From Podarcis pityusensis (taxonomy: Eukaryota), in the NCBI GenBank assembly GCA_964106645.2, contig OZ067041.1: a stretch of 64,000 bases of DNA; one strand, 5' to 3'. Made by a program: the position numbers and the translations under genes. Shown here piece after piece: positions 13,627 to 27,102 of this stretch; the stretch's first letter is position 1; the number at the start of each line of letters is the position of its first letter. The notes under the pieces were generated by a model. That model searched no databases and was not told where the DNA came from. It was given only the letters and a program-made list of their open reading frames with translations.

Positions 13627-14154
13627 CTGCTGTTACTGCTGCATTTGTAGTGCCACCTTCTTTTGGCAACAGCAGTGGCTGGATGTGAAATAGGATGACT
13701 GTGCTGTGCTGCTTTGGCACCATTAACTACCAGAAATTGGAAGGCTATTGCTTAGCAGCACTGCTAGCGTAAACTCAGAGCAGCAGTTTGGGTTCACCTG
13801 GAGTTAAAAAGACCATCACAACTGCATGATCCCCCTTATCCTACAATGTTGGCTAAAAGAGGACAACAAAAGAGGCACGCACAAGCCTTCCTCATCATGT
13901 ACAATAGGTGTGCAAAGCCAATAAAAGGTGGCATTGCTCTCAGTGCTGGCTGCACTAGTGGCTCCCTATCTAGGCCATGATAGCTCCCCTTCTGTTCTAA
14001 CCTCTGCTGGCAGCCCTGGTTCTCTATCCTCAAGTGCATCTTTGCATTCCTCCACTACAAATTTCAGAATGAAGGCCTTGTGAAGTTTGGGCTGAATGTA
14101 GCTACTCCACTCTGCAAGGCTCACTGAGTTGGTCTGCCCTTGGAGACTAAAGGA

Positions 14155-14240
14155 AATGGATGGATTCCTGAATGCTTTGGGGGATTTTCTGGTTGACATG
14201 GCTGGTGCTCCTATTGAGATCCTTGTCTCACTGTGGACTG
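14155..14240 (+). mobile_element. Short internal L2 LINE ORF2 fragment
   Basis: Translates MDGFLNALGDFLVDMAGAPIEILVSLW, resembling the squamate L2 endonuclease-RT linker. Confidence 0.55.
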
Positions 14241-15996
14241 ATTGCTCCTGAGTGTACTCGCCATTGCAGTGGAGCATTTATGTCACTTTGGTATTCCAGT
14301 GACCTTCATGTGATGAAACAGGAGGGTCAGTAGCTAGAGTTCAGGTGGTGTAAAACTCAGTCCAGCCTCACCAAACATGGGTGAGGCTGCACCACCATGC
14401 CTACCACAGAGTGGTACTGGCAGTGAAGAAAGCTTACGTTCCCTCAAGCAGTCATCTGGCAGAGCTCTGCTGAGTGTAGAGGCTATCTTGACACACTGCA
14501 TCTTGACTGTGGCCTAGAAAAATAGCTGATCTTCTCAGGAAAGGAAAGGAAAGTGTAGCTGGTGGCAGTGGGCAGAAAAGCAGACAGAGATGTAGAAGAT
14601 GCTGCAGGCTGGAAGCAATTCTTGTGAGGGCTGTTGAAGCAGCAGAAGACTCCAAGAGCTGGAATGAATGATCACTATTAGCACATTGAACACAAAGGTA
14701 CTTCTGGGATTGTTAGATAAACTATATTAGGAAATCCCTGCAACAGAAAGGTCCAATATACTGCCAAACCTGTGTGAGTCTACTGCTAAATTGGCAGCCA
14801 CAGAAGCCTAGTTAAAGATATGAATTATTATACTTTGAAACTACATATTATATTCTTTCCCCAAGGTTCCTTTAAATATCCCTGTTATCTATGTGATTAA
14901 ACAGCCCATTGTTTGTTGCCTACACGTCAGTATGATTGGCTGGAACTCACCAGGGCTTAGACAGAAGTTCCTAATACAGATATGCTTTCGGCACTTTCCT
15001 TTTAATTTTGGTTGCACAAGTGCACTGTTGATTTACATTGCAATTACAACTGCAAAGACAACATGATTTAAATGAAGGGACAGGTCTTGGAGTATGCTTT
15101 ATTTCTAAACTGAGTCGCATCCTTTGACCTGCAACCCCTCTAGCTATATTTGCAAATGTGTGCATGTGGGTGGTGCTTACTCAGCGGTAAGAAGATCCCA
15201 TACTCATGCTTTTGTTTTCAGATTTTTCAGCAGTTCCCCTTCTCTAACTGATTCATGAGGGAGGGCATGAAAAAGGAGCCACTGCCTATGTGAAAACAAA
15301 AGAAAAACAATAGCCTGCTTTTGCAATAAGCAAACAATTTTGCAAAATGGAGGAGTGGGGTTCAGCACAGCAGTACCTGACATCACATTCGTGAGGGGAA
15401 ACAGCCCACATGTTCCAGGAATGAGAATGAATACCCCAGAAAAAAAGCATTGCTGCTGCAAAAATAGTAATTCCTTGAACATTTTTATGAAGCCTGCCTC
15501 CCCAAAGTACCATTTCAGGTTGGGTGGAGATTCCTTCCTTTTCCAGCTGTGAATTCTTGAGAGCTTTCATTTCATTCCCATCAAAAATAGCTTTCATGGA
15601 TATAGTTCTTTAGCTTTGCAAGTTTCAGATTTTATATTAGGCTGCACAGTGCTGACAATTCCTTGCACAGAGACAGCCAAAGAGTGGAAATCAAACTCAA
15701 GTTACGTAAAACAAAGCTGGTTCTCCATACTATGACAGGCAGTATTATCATGGTGACTCGTTATAAATCAAAGTCTGCTAATTAGGGAATAAGTAAGTAA
15801 GCGCAATTCATGGAAATTTCATTCTATGTAAACAGCAGGGTGGGTGTGGTCAGACTGCTAGCAGGCAAAGCATCATTCTAGAGGGATTTGTATTCTTGAA
15901 GGTGGCACTACAAAATCTTAGAAAGACACCCTGAATAGTTGAATTTAGCACACCATTTGCAGTTATCCTGATGGTAATAATTCGTCATTGTACTCT

Positions 15997-16361
15997 AAAA
16001 AAAGGTAGAGGACCCCTGACAGTTAAGTCCAGTTGCGGACGACTCTGGGGTTGGGGCGCTCATCTCGCTTTACAGGCTGAGGGAGCCGGCATTTGTCTGC
16101 AGGCAGTTTTTCTGGGTCATCTGCCTAGCATGACTAAGCTGCTTCTGGCGCAATGGAACACCAAAACCAGAGCAGCGCACGGAAATGCCGTTTACCTTCC
16201 CACCAGAGATACCTATTTATCTACTTGCACTTTTTGGCATGCTTTCGAACTGCTAGGTTGGCAGGAGTTTGGACCGAGCAACGGGAGCTCACCCCGTTGC
16301 GGGGATTTGAACCGCAAACCTTCTGATCGGCAAGCCCAAGAGGCTCAGTGGTTTAGACCAC
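15997..16361 (-). mobile_element. Sauria SINE (slightly 5'-truncated)
   Basis: Aligns with the other Sauria copies (GGACCCCTGACAGTTAAGTCCAG ... TTTCGAACTGCTAGGTTGGCAGG). No clear TSD. Confidence 0.9.
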
Positions 16362-19300
16362 TTACTGTTAAATGTGTTTACTATTATGACACAGAGAGAT
16401 ATACATAAACATTTATGCATGTGTCCAGCCTTAAATTGTGTTGCTACTATAGTGGTTTGAGAAGCAGTTGGCCTGCTAGGACAATACTTGTTTTCTACAG
16501 CACAAAAGGTATTCTCCTTGCATCCCAGATGGAGTAGGACTGCCCATCAGCTACATGGAAGTAGTCCCATACACCTAGCTCCAGCATAAACATGGGTAAT
16601 GAAAGGAGAAGCAGAGGGGATTTGAATGGGAGGTGGAGAATTGCTATACAGCTTCCATAAGATGGTGTTGTTGCACAAACAGAAGCTTGTGCTGCAACAG
16701 CTACAGTTGAGGGAGGTTCATACTGTAAGGGAATTTGGCGAAATAGCTGCACTGACTGATAGAAAAGACTTTCTACTCCGCCAGGGTACAAAGAGCAGAG
16801 AAATAATGAGGCAAAATTAAAACCGTAGCATATGGGTTCGAGGCTTTATCTTAGTTTAGCATTCTACCCTGATCTCAGTTTGCCTTGGCTTCACAGTGTT
16901 ATTGTTTGTGGGTAAAACAATACCAACTCAGGGAAGAAGATTATTGCTGTACAACAAGGCTTTTAATCATCAGGATTGCAGTGAATTGGAACTAAGTTGA
17001 TTAAAGAGATATATGACATGAGAAATGTAGTAGGAACGTAATAAAGAGAGAGAGTGTGAGAGCGCATTGCACATCTCCTTCCACTGTCCTCGTTTCTATG
17101 ATTTCTTCTAACTGCTGCAAGGCAATTACAAGGAGTTGTATTTCCCCCCTATAATAACAATTCCTATTACAGTTCTGTTAAGCATTTAGAAAAGTCAAAA
17201 TACTTTCAAACAGCAGAGCACTAAGATTACAAAAAATAATAAAAAATACAATTTGACCTTCAGCAATCTCAGGAGTAGAACTCTATAGAACATAACCTAT
17301 ATGAAGGTTCTTAGAAGAAATCCCTGTTAAATCCGAGCAGCAAGACACACACATCATTTCAAAAAGCAATCTCATTAGGAAAGCATAGGGAGGACAGAAG
17401 TTTGCTCAAAGGATGAAGGAAAAACCTTGTATCTTCAGAGATTTGGGTGAGCAAGGCATTTTACCTGCTATGTGTTCTTGAAGAAGCATTGCTTTCCGCA
17501 ATGAGATGAATCCCTTAAGGGGAGCCAAAGATGCTTATATTTTTCTGGTCACAAGGATGTCAAGTGCTGGGAGTTGAAAGAAACAGGAATTGACACGAAG
17601 AAAAGCTTTATTGGTTGTATAAACAATAATGAGTGCTCTCCAAAACATGGTGTGTGCAGCTCTACTTTATCCATTAGAAAAGAAGAAGAGGAATAGTACT
17701 AGCTGCAGAGAAGCCTACATTGGTGGGAAAGACAGGATACTCTGTGTCTTGGGTCAACCCCTTAGGGTCATCTAGGGCTTCAATGCTGTGCCCCACCTTG
17801 CTCTACCCAATTCTGCACTCTGGTGGTTTTTTTCCTCAGAAGCTAGATAAACTACTTGATACCTAGTTCCTCATCTCTTGCCCAGCTTTTCTTGTTGAAT
17901 ATTCACAGTGATAATTCCAATACAGGTTCTGCTCACTCCCTCTAATACTGAACTCAGTAACACTGCTCAACAGGACAGAAGCCCAAAAGGGATTTGCTGA
18001 GAATTAACATACTTGGATGACTCACCAAGTAAGCAGAGATTCAGAAAACCTGGAAAACCCAAGAGGGGTGGGTGGGGTGGAATTCCCACATAAGGCTTAG
18101 AGCACAATTGCATGTCCCTGTGATGCATGCAAGCTTCCCCCGTTCTCTGTAGCAATCTATTTGGACCGGGACTCACACAACTGACTTTCCAAAGGCCCCT
18201 GACTGTGTATAGGGGCATATGGAAGAATGGGGAAAGACAGTACTAGGGCTCAGAACAAAATATGGGGAATGGTAAGAGAAATGTTGGAGAAGGCATGGAC
18301 AGAGGCAAGGAGGTGGGAGTGGCAGGAATAACAGAAAAAGAAGAGCCATGCAAAACAAGGGGCACAGCAGGAAGTGAGAAAGAGGGAGTCAAACAGAGTG
18401 ATAGTAGATGGTAGCCAAGCAGGTAAGGAGTTGGTCACTAAACTCTTTAAATAAAGGATAACTTTTGGTCCCAAGGGTCACATTCTCCCTTGGCCAATCT
18501 CCAGGGGCTGCATGTGTGTGGCCAAAAGTCCCAGACCCTATTCCCCACTTGATCCATGCAGGTCAGCTGAGAAGAGGGAGTTATTCGCTCCTCTGTCCTC
18601 CCCAAATGATCAATGTGCAACTGGGAAGGGAGCGATCTGCATCTCCATCAGGGCACTGGGCTTCATCCATCCACAGCTGTGTCTGTGTTCTTTTTATGTC
18701 ACTGGTTGGGTTAGGGATGGGGTAGAACAAAATTGCTTGGGGGACTGGATCAGATGCTCAAATTGGGCTTTAGCCATCCCTGCTTTAGTAAATCCAACCT
18801 GCAACATTTTGTTTGTTCTCTGCTTGTTCTGATCTGTGTCTCAAAGGCCAAGCAATACTTTTTTGGCTCCTGGTATATCGCTAACAGCACAATATTTGTC
18901 AGTTAGTTAGTAGTATACTGCTAGGAAACACTGAATGAGTCAGGATCCTGATCAATACACTTCTGATTGGCATCACTAAAGTAGCTGTAAGCTGTACTTT
19001 TTGGAATTTGCAAGAATTAGCTTGCAGACTTAAAAAGGATGTCCCTTGTTTTTATAATCCCTCCAATTTTTTTCATGCATAGGAACTATATTTTCAGAGG
19101 CCAACTACCAAATTTTGCTTACAAGTCTGCAAATAGTGTGATTTGCTTTTTAATATTTGGTTAACAATAATTGTGTGGTTTTCAGAATAAAATGGAATAA
19201 ACTTTACAGAAATGCTAAGATCAAAAATAGCAACATTTTGTCTAGCCAGTTTCTTGCCTCTCAGACAGAACTGCCATGAGATGTTGGATAACTGCTTTTA

Positions 19301-20589
19301 TCTACATGCCAATATTCTAGGTTCTAAATAAAATATCCTAGTCTTGCTAATCAGTCTAGCAAGTCCACCACCTTCCATTATCTGTGTGCTTTGAGGTGCA
19401 CATGTACATATGAAGTTTCCTGCACCTCAGCAGACAGTATCTCTGTCATGCAGATCCTAACCGACCTACATAAATCTGGGCCAAAAATACAGTTTAATTA
19501 CTTACTGACATTTCACCATTGACAAGCCATATGTGATGGAGATTAGCTAACGTAATGTTTTGAAAAGGTTCTAAAGAGTCCACTGGAACGTGTAATTCAT
19601 CTGCTTTAATATGCACATTTTGCTGAACCAGCACAGTTAGTTATCTTCAGAGAAGGATACAATTTAAACAGCAGAATCTACTTTTGATCACCACTTTGAA
19701 AGCTTCATTAGCACATTGCTATTCAGCACTACAGCTGCTTCTCTTTAATGGCTTAAAGTAATCAAACTGTAAGACCATCCTTCAGGAGTCCTCAAAGCAG
19801 CAGAGTATTTATATAGATATATTACTGTGGCTATAAAAGCATATTCAGAATACAGCACTTCTCTTCCAGTGCACACTGTTGCTAAACACAGGAAAGGAAA
19901 ACCAGTTCTCTCTAAGGGCTTTTTATTTTTATTTTTAATCCCCAAAAATCTATTACAAAAATGAAACAGAAACACTCACATCCCAAGTCTTTTAGCCATG
20001 AAACTTTTAGCCAACTTTGTAGTAAGATGGCAGCAATTTATAATAGCATCCCCATAATTTAAATTATCTGCAGTGATCAAAAGTACTATATGCACATTTC
20101 AAATCACAAATTAGTTTTTAAAATATGAAATATAAGTAATATTACATGCATTGTAAGAGCTTATAAATTGCCTGAGTGTTTCTAAATATGCTTTTATCAC
20201 TATTGGGAATTATTTCATTCTTTGGACAAATGGGTATTAAGAACAGAAAAAAGCTATACATGTCTCAAGTACTACAAAGTGCCTACCATAATGCTGCTCA
20301 GAAGCATGGTAGTTTTGACATCAATGAAACTAACATGCTTTGCCCAACTTGTCTCTAAAGATACGAGGAAACGTGTGCTATGAGTCCAGGCTAGTGCAAG
20401 ATTGTCCTGGTGTTAATTTATGTCTGCTTCTTAACTCATAAAATCCGTTTGTGCTCATGTTCACCAAATGGAATTCTATTCAGATTCTCATTTGTAGCAA
20501 GTCCATTTGGGCCTCGCTTCATCTAAGGCATGTTGAGACTACTCATAAGTGCAGTATACTGTCACAAGTCTCCATTTTCGTCACCCAGG

Positions 20590-20840
20590 CACTGGTGGAT
20601 AAAGGTGGGAGTGGGTGTGGGGCGGCTCGCCCCAGGTGCCATCCCGGGGGCGGGGGTGACATTGCAGCCGCCCCCGCCCCCAGGATGCTCGTCGTTTGCC
20701 GCACACCCCCGATGCGCGCCACGCCCCCCAGGATGCATACCACACCCCCTGGGATGTGCGTCACGCCCCCTGGGGTGTGCGCCAGCCACGCCCCCAGATG
20801 TTCGCCGTTCCCGGTGCCGGAGCAGGTAGCTCCGCCACTG
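20590..20840. mobile_element. hAT-type GC-rich MITE
   Basis: 8-bp TSD CACCCAGG (20582-20589 and 20841-20848), imperfect TIR CA(C/G)TGG(T/C)GGA, internal ~21-bp repeats containing CACGCCCCC. Confidence 0.85.
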
Positions 20841-20920
20841 CACCCAGGTCGTACTTCATCTTCTTAAACATGCAGAAATGTGCACATTTAGCACAAGTCC
20901 AGCTAAGGTCAGTGAATGTA

Positions 20921-21172
20921 CAGTGGTACCCTGGTTTACGAACTTAATCCGTTCCGGAAGTCCGTTCTTAAACCAAAGCGTTCTTAAACTAAGGTGTACT
21001 TTCCCATAGCAGCGGGGGACTCAATTTACAAATGGAACACACTCAACAGGAAGTGGAATATGTTCTGCTTCCAAGGCAAAGTTCACAAACCAAAACACCT
21101 ACTTCCGGGTTTGCAGTGTTCTTAATCAAAGTTGTTCATAAACTAAGCTGTTCTTAAACCAAGGTACCGCTG
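20921..21172. mobile_element. Tigger/pogo-type MITE, family B (252 bp)
   Basis: TA-flanked, TIRs CAG(T/C)GGTACC(C/T)TGGTTTA(C/A)GAAC, internal repeats of TTCTTAAAC. Confidence 0.9.
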
Positions 21173-21521
21173 TACTAATTTAAATGAACAGCAAGACAAT
21201 ATAGCACACTTTGACCTCTTTACTGCTGTTCCTTTGAGAAAATGATAAGTAATGGATGGGAGCTATTTAATTAAAAAAACAACTCCTCGTGGTTATGCAT
21301 GATTAAATTCACAGGCCAATAAAGATTAACATATAACACTTGCTTGTTTTTACAATGCTCCATGGGCATATAGAGCTCTGAAAGGACAACAGTTATCCCT
21401 GTGTCGAAGAGTTAATATTGTTAGAGCAGTAGATTTGCTTTGAGTGCGACATTTTTCTGGCAGATTAACACACAATCTGTGTGTGTGGGGGGGTGTCAAT
21501 TCATAAATGCAAGGAGTTCAG

Positions 21522-21578
21522 TATTATTATATTATATTATATTATATTATATTATATTATATTATATTATATTATATT
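21522..21578. repeat. (ATTAT)n microsatellite
   Basis: Directly visible. Confidence 0.95.
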
Positions 21579-22043
21579 CATAAAGCGATTTGACCTATTT
21601 TTGATGTTTTCCTTTGATGAAGTAACTAAAATAGTTGAATTTCAAAAATGCCTTTTTTATATAATTGATGCACAGGCCCACAGCACCAGCTTGAAAGGAA
21701 CTATTCTGAGCCATAGTGAGTAGGCCTGCTGTGGATTGATTAACTGAGTTTTCCAATAGAAGAGCATGCATATTCTAACCATTGGATTCAACTTCTGAGG
21801 AATTGCTTGAAATTCAGAACTGAAAGCCTACTCAAATTTTTCTGACCTATAAGGCCTTTGCTAATTTAGCCACACATGACACATCATAAATATTGTGATC
21901 AATGAGAGAGATCAGCACTCTGTCCACACCTTTTTTTAAATTAAAGGTGCTGGAACTGTGATCAGCTTGAGTATTACATCTTCTGAACTAAAAGTTCTGC
22001 CTTTTAGCAGGCATGTATGAGGAATGGTGAAAGAGAGAGTGCC

Positions 22044-22653
22044 TTTCAGGGCCCGGGTGGTTACACCATGGGGCACTATATTATCTTCAATGATGTCAGT
22101 GAAGTTAACTCTTTATTCAAAGAAACTAAAACCACACAGGCCTAGTGATCACGGCAACTCATCCCAGTCTTGCCCCAGTGAAGCAATTACAATGACAGAA
22201 GGTCCCTACCTTCCCACTACTCTCTAAGGCTCCTCCCCCAATTCCTAAGGCTCTGTTGCCTTGTATCTTGTTGCTCTGCCCTCTCCATTTCTCTGCATGT
22301 TCTAGGAGACATGGGGGTAGGGGAGCTGGTTGCAGCAGGAGAGGGAGACTCCCTTGATTCTTCAGTGGCCAGCCTCATTGCTGCCTCTTTGCCTCCCCTC
22401 CTTTGCAGCCTCCTCTTCTTCCTCTGACCCTGGACTGCTCTCTGTGTCAGACTCTTCCCAATCACTAAACCCTGTTGCCTCTTAGCTTGCAACACTTCCT
22501 CCTCCCAGTCTGTTCCCTCTTCTCCCTATGACAAGACATCATCATCCCACTACCAACCCCCTGGCTCTAAGTCTTCTTCACCTGGGAGGTTCCTTTGGGG
22601 GTTCCCCAGCTGGTGCCTCCCATCGCTCTTCTGCATCTATCCAGTCCATGACA
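22044..22653 (-). mobile_element. Solo LTR (~610 bp, degenerate)
   Basis: Minus strand begins TGTCATGGAC, has a purine-rich U3-like region, AATAAA at 22112-22117, and ends near GGGCCCTGAAA (expected ...GACA). No TSD recovered. Confidence 0.65.
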
Positions 22654-22655
22654 TT

Positions 22656-23420
22656 AATATGGGTCTTTCTTTGCGCTTGATTCAGAAATTGCAGTTAGTT
22701 CAGAATACTGTGGCATGGTAGCTCACAGGAGTGAGAGCTTGTCGGCATATAACCTTTGCTCAGAGACCTGCAGTAGCTGCTGATTTGTTACCAGACCAAG
22801 TGCAAGGTGTTACTATTAGTATATCATAGAATTGTAAAGTTGGAAGGGACCCTGAAGGTCATCTTGTCCAACCCCCTGCAATGCAGGAATCCCAGATAAA
22901 GCATCCATGACAGATGGACAGCCAAGCTCTGATTAAAAACCTCCAAGGAAGGAGAGTCAACCACCTTCTGAAGGAGTCCGTTCCACTGTTGAGCAGTGCT
23001 TACTGCTAGAAAGTTTTTCCTGCTGTTTAAACCTTTCTTGCAACTTCAATCCATTGGTATGTGTCCAATCCTCCAGAGCAGGAAAAAATAAGCTTGCTCC
23101 ATCTTCCATGTGGCAGACCTCATATATCCTCTCAGTCTCCTCTTTTCCAGGCTAAACAAACTCAGGAGTTGTTTCCAGACCCTTGATCACCTTGGCTGCC
23201 CTCCACTGTACACTTTCCAACTTGTTAATATCCTTCTTAAATTGTGGTGTCCAGAACTGGACACAGTGCCCCAGGTGTGGTCCAACGAAGGCAGAATAGA
23301 GTGGAACTTTTACTTCCCTTAATTTGGACACTATGCCTCTGTTGATATAGTATAGAATAACCCTTAAGAGTTTGGGAGCAGTTTACTTAATGAGATCACC
23401 TTACACCATATATGCCAACA
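22656..23420 (+). mobile_element. Old L2 LINE fragment split by a CR1 insertion
   Basis: 22656-22822 (ATGGGTCTT...CAGAAATTGCAGTTAGTTCAGAAT...CAAGGTGTTACTATTAGTATAT) and 23359-23420 (AACCCTTAAGAGTTTGGGAGCAGTTTAC) join into the same L2 C-terminal region as the 55990 copy. Confidence 0.7.
22823..23358 (-). mobile_element. CR1 LINE 3' fragment (older, internal deletions)
   Basis: TCATAGAATTGTAAAGTTGGAAGGGACC tail; homologous to 33606-34182 (CCAGAACTGGACACAG...). Confidence 0.88.
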
Positions 23421-25901
23421 CTAATCCAGACTTTTTGAATGTTGACATGCATTTTAATCTGTTTTACAATTTATTGTTTATTTTAATTATTTTTGTCTGT
23501 TTTAACCCTTTTGGGGGGTTACTGATAATTTTTTTGTTTTATTCTTTTTGTAAACTGCTTTGTTGTTTCATTACAATCAAGAGATATAACATTTTGTTTT
23601 TGTTTTTGTAAAAAATAAGCCTAATGGCAAAGGAATATTGCTACTATATTCCTCCCTGCAACAAACCCAGGAAGTCTTATTATTCTAGAACCATTCAGAC
23701 TTTCAATCAACAGCTAGAAGAGTAGTACTTCCCTTTGTCTGAGGTGCTATGTCAAGAAATGCCAACACTCATAAGCCATCCTGCTACTAGACAGACTTAG
23801 AAAGTTCGTGAAACAGAAGTGAATTTTTGGAAGCCAGCAAAAACCAGAGACTTCAGTTGTCAGTCAGAATTTAAACAAGAAAAAAAAATCAAGGTTACAC
23901 ATTTCCTTCACTCAACTGACACAGAATGTGGTCTCTGACTATCTTTGAATGATCCTACCCCCTAAGGTTAGAAGGAAATTCAGGTTTTTTTAATCCAAAG
24001 CATGTGGCACTGGAAACCAAATCCTCATTGTAACATTGGCTTAATAATTAACTGGATTTCCTATGATACAACAGATGTTAACTTGGAAAAGTGTTCCATG
24101 CACAGCGGCATTGGTTTTTGGTATTTAATCTTGTATATTTTCCCTTCTTTGAATTTTAAATTCTTTGCTACTCCAAGAAAGGTGACTATTGCTTTCATTT
24201 TTAAAATCACTTTTCACAGCTATAGGCAATATTGGCCAATGAAGTAAGACTGACAAAGTCTCTTACAATGGAAGAGAACTGGGCATCCCATTCATTCCTC
24301 TTGCCAAGCGGCAAGAATGATTTTATCATTATTTCTGATAGATGATGGCATAGTTTTAATGATACTGATTCTACAACTTTAGCCCCCCTTCAGCAAATCA
24401 TTGTTGAACTTTACACACTGGGTATAAATTTTAAAATATTAATGTCTACTTTGCACAGCTTTAAATCCATTATTTGTAATTATTTGTATTTGTAATTTGT
24501 ATTGGAATGTTGAATAATGTTCAATTGCCTTTTCATTATACTGTGAATTTGTTGACGTATGTAAAAAGAGTCTTCCCAATATATATCTATACGATCCAAT
24601 ACTATGCACCCTAGTTTTTCAGCAAGACTGACTTTTACAAAATATCAAGTTCTGCTCCAAGGAAAACTGAATGGTTTAAAAAAACAAACACATTTGCCCT
24701 TGGCTTATTAAAGTTCACCATTACAATACTGTACTAGAATATAAGAGATATATAGAATTAAAATGGCTGTTACATATTGGTGCAATAACATGTAAACAAT
24801 ACATGTTAACACTGCTTTAATTTTATACGCTTTTATGTGTTAGGGCCCTTCCAGACATCCTCACATTGTTGACGGTGAAACTGAGTTAACAGGAAGGTGA
24901 GCCTGAGATATGTTAAGCCAGTTTCAGCTTCAACAGTGTCCAAGACAAACACAAAAAGAGAGGGAATTGTGTGTCATAGAGTTTCCCCCCATTCACAATC
25001 ATATCTATCCGCAGAATTATTTTCATAACAAATATTTCAAGGGGCGGGGATGCAGCTGTGTTTTACAACCTGCACCCCACTACCAATGGGGCCATTTCAC
25101 CAACCATTTTTCTGAGCAACAATGGTATTTTTGTTTGTGTAACAGCACCCATTTCTACTGCCTACTGCCTTGGAATTATGTTCAGGGCATTGAGGAGTGT
25201 ACAAAATGGCAGCTGGTCTGCCAACACAGGAGCTCTTTTCTTTTAAGAAGGTGAGTAAAACAGAATAGACCACTTATAAAATATATTTACTGACAGAAGG
25301 ATAACAATAAGCTGGCCAAGCTTCTTGAAACATTGAAGCTCTGTGTCTGTTGTCATCTTTCTCTCCCCCCCCCCGAGGGCCTCAAACTGCTGTTATCTGA
25401 GACACTGAAATATGGAGTGTCTGCAATCTGTCCAAAAAATCGCATCTGACATTTGTACTCCTTCACTGTACTGCAGGGAATGTATAAACCATTCCTTCTC
25501 CTGGCATTTATTTAGGATGAGAGTGGATAGGAGAATGTGTGAAGGGATACCTACAATTATTCTCACAGGGGAAAACAGTGGCACAATGTTACTAAGGCAC
25601 CACAAATACTAGCTTTGCCTACATCGTGTTAAGTAGGGTTAAGTAAACTTTACTGCAGAAAGGCAATCTGAGCTGGGGCAGCTAACATTGCAAATACTGA
25701 CTGAAAACAGATTGAAAGGCGGGAAGTTTGGGGTGGGACAGGTTGGTACCTCCCCCAGGGCATCAGAACCCAAAGCAGCAGCCTGAACTCTTACCTTGAT
25801 GTGGATGAGCTGACCAGATCTGTTGAACCAGTAGCTCTGGAGGGTGAGGTTCTGGAAATCAATCCAGGCTCCATCATCATGTCAGCTGAACTCTGGGTTC
25901 T

Positions 25902-26480
25902 TAAGAATATAAGAACCTAGGAAGAACCTTGCTGAATCAGGCCAAAGGCCCATCTAATCCAATACTTTGTGAACCAGGTGCCTGTAGGAAGCCCAAGCAG
26001 AAGCTGAATGCTACAGCTTTCTCTCCACTTGCAATTCCCAGAGAGTAGCACTCAGAGGCATGCTGCCTCCAACAGTGGAAACAGGACATAGCCATTGTGG
26101 CAAGAAGAAGAAGAAGAAGAAGAAGAAGAAGAAGAAGAAGAAGAGGAGGAGGAGGAGGAGTTTGGATTTGATATCCTGCTTTATCACTACCCTAAGGAGT
26201 CTCAAAGTGGCCAACGTTCTCCTTTCCCTTCCTCCCCCACAACAAACACTCTGTGAGGTGAGTGAGACTGAGAGACTTCAGAGAAGTGTGACTAGCCCAA
26301 GGTCACCCAGCAGCTGCATGTGGAGGAGCGGGGATGCAAACCCGGTTCACCAGATCACGAGACTACCGCTCTTAACCACTACACCACACTGACAGCCTTA
26401 CCTTCCATGAATTTGTCTAGTTTCCCTTTAAAGTCATCCAACTTGGTGGCCATCGATACCTCAGGGGACAGAAAATTTCA
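25902..26480 (-). mobile_element. Old CR1-type 3' end fragment interrupted by a SINE
   Basis: AAGAATATAAGAA...TCAGGCCAAAGGCCCATCTA... continues after the SINE as ACAGCCTTACCTTCCATGAATTTGTCTA. Confidence 0.65.
26102..26391 (-). mobile_element. tRNA-derived CORE-type squamate SINE (Squam3-like) with (CCT)n(CTT)n tail
   Basis: Minus strand CAGTGTGGTGTAGTGGTTAAGAGC (A box), B-box-like GGGTTTGCATCCCC, CORE-like GGGTGACCTTGGGCTAGTCAC, trinucleotide tail at 26102-26160. Confidence 0.85.
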
Positions 26481-27031
26481 CTTCCAGGACTTCACAATTA
26501 CATTTCTGCATGTCTTTGGCACCAACGTGTACCACAATTACTGACTCCTCCCCAGCACCATCTGCCAGACTGTCTAGATAATTTTTGTTTTGGAAATTTG
26601 GCTTTGAAGGATGCGTTTAAACACACAAAGCCTTTTTGATTAATTGTAAGGCAACAATGTTATGCATTAGTTTGCCAAACTTAGAAGATTAAGCTTTACT
26701 TAATGCCCACCATTTTATCCCTCCAATTTTCCCAGCTTTCCAGCAAAAAAATGGCCAACTGGGCATTTTATTACCCACATTAACATGTAATGTTTAGTTT
26801 TATTTCAGATTCTTGTAGTATCCACACATGGGAAAGCTGAAATGATTTGAATTAGGAGCAGATGGATTTGAGGCTTTTCAGGTGAATCTGAGATAAGACA
26901 ACTTATTTGAAAATGGCTCCTAATATGTTTAAAAATACACTCAAGTTGAGACAAGTTTGGGAAGTTAATGCATGTGTTAGTACAAGTATTGGCAAATCAC
27001 AATTCTTGTATACATGCTTAGCATTAACTTA

Positions 27032-27034
<3 letters not shown>

Positions 27035-27100
<66 letters not shown>
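27035..27100. repeat. (TC)n(AC)n compound microsatellite
   Basis: Directly visible. Confidence 0.95.

Positions 27101-27102
<2 letters not shown>

Noticed and set aside
3370-16408. Recurrent similar ORFs (MTKPLLVNQSSARK..., FELLGWQ...)
   Set aside because: Translations of Sauria SINE copies, not a gene family.
25797-25890. Minus-strand AAG|GTAAGA donor with an exon-like upstream region
   Set aside because: No good pyrimidine tract, and candidate acceptors give immediate stops in the phase required after the 49430 exon.
26011-26392. Poly-K, poly-F and poly-H/M/S ORFs (also 55837-56252)
   Set aside because: Microsatellite tails of a SINE and an L2.
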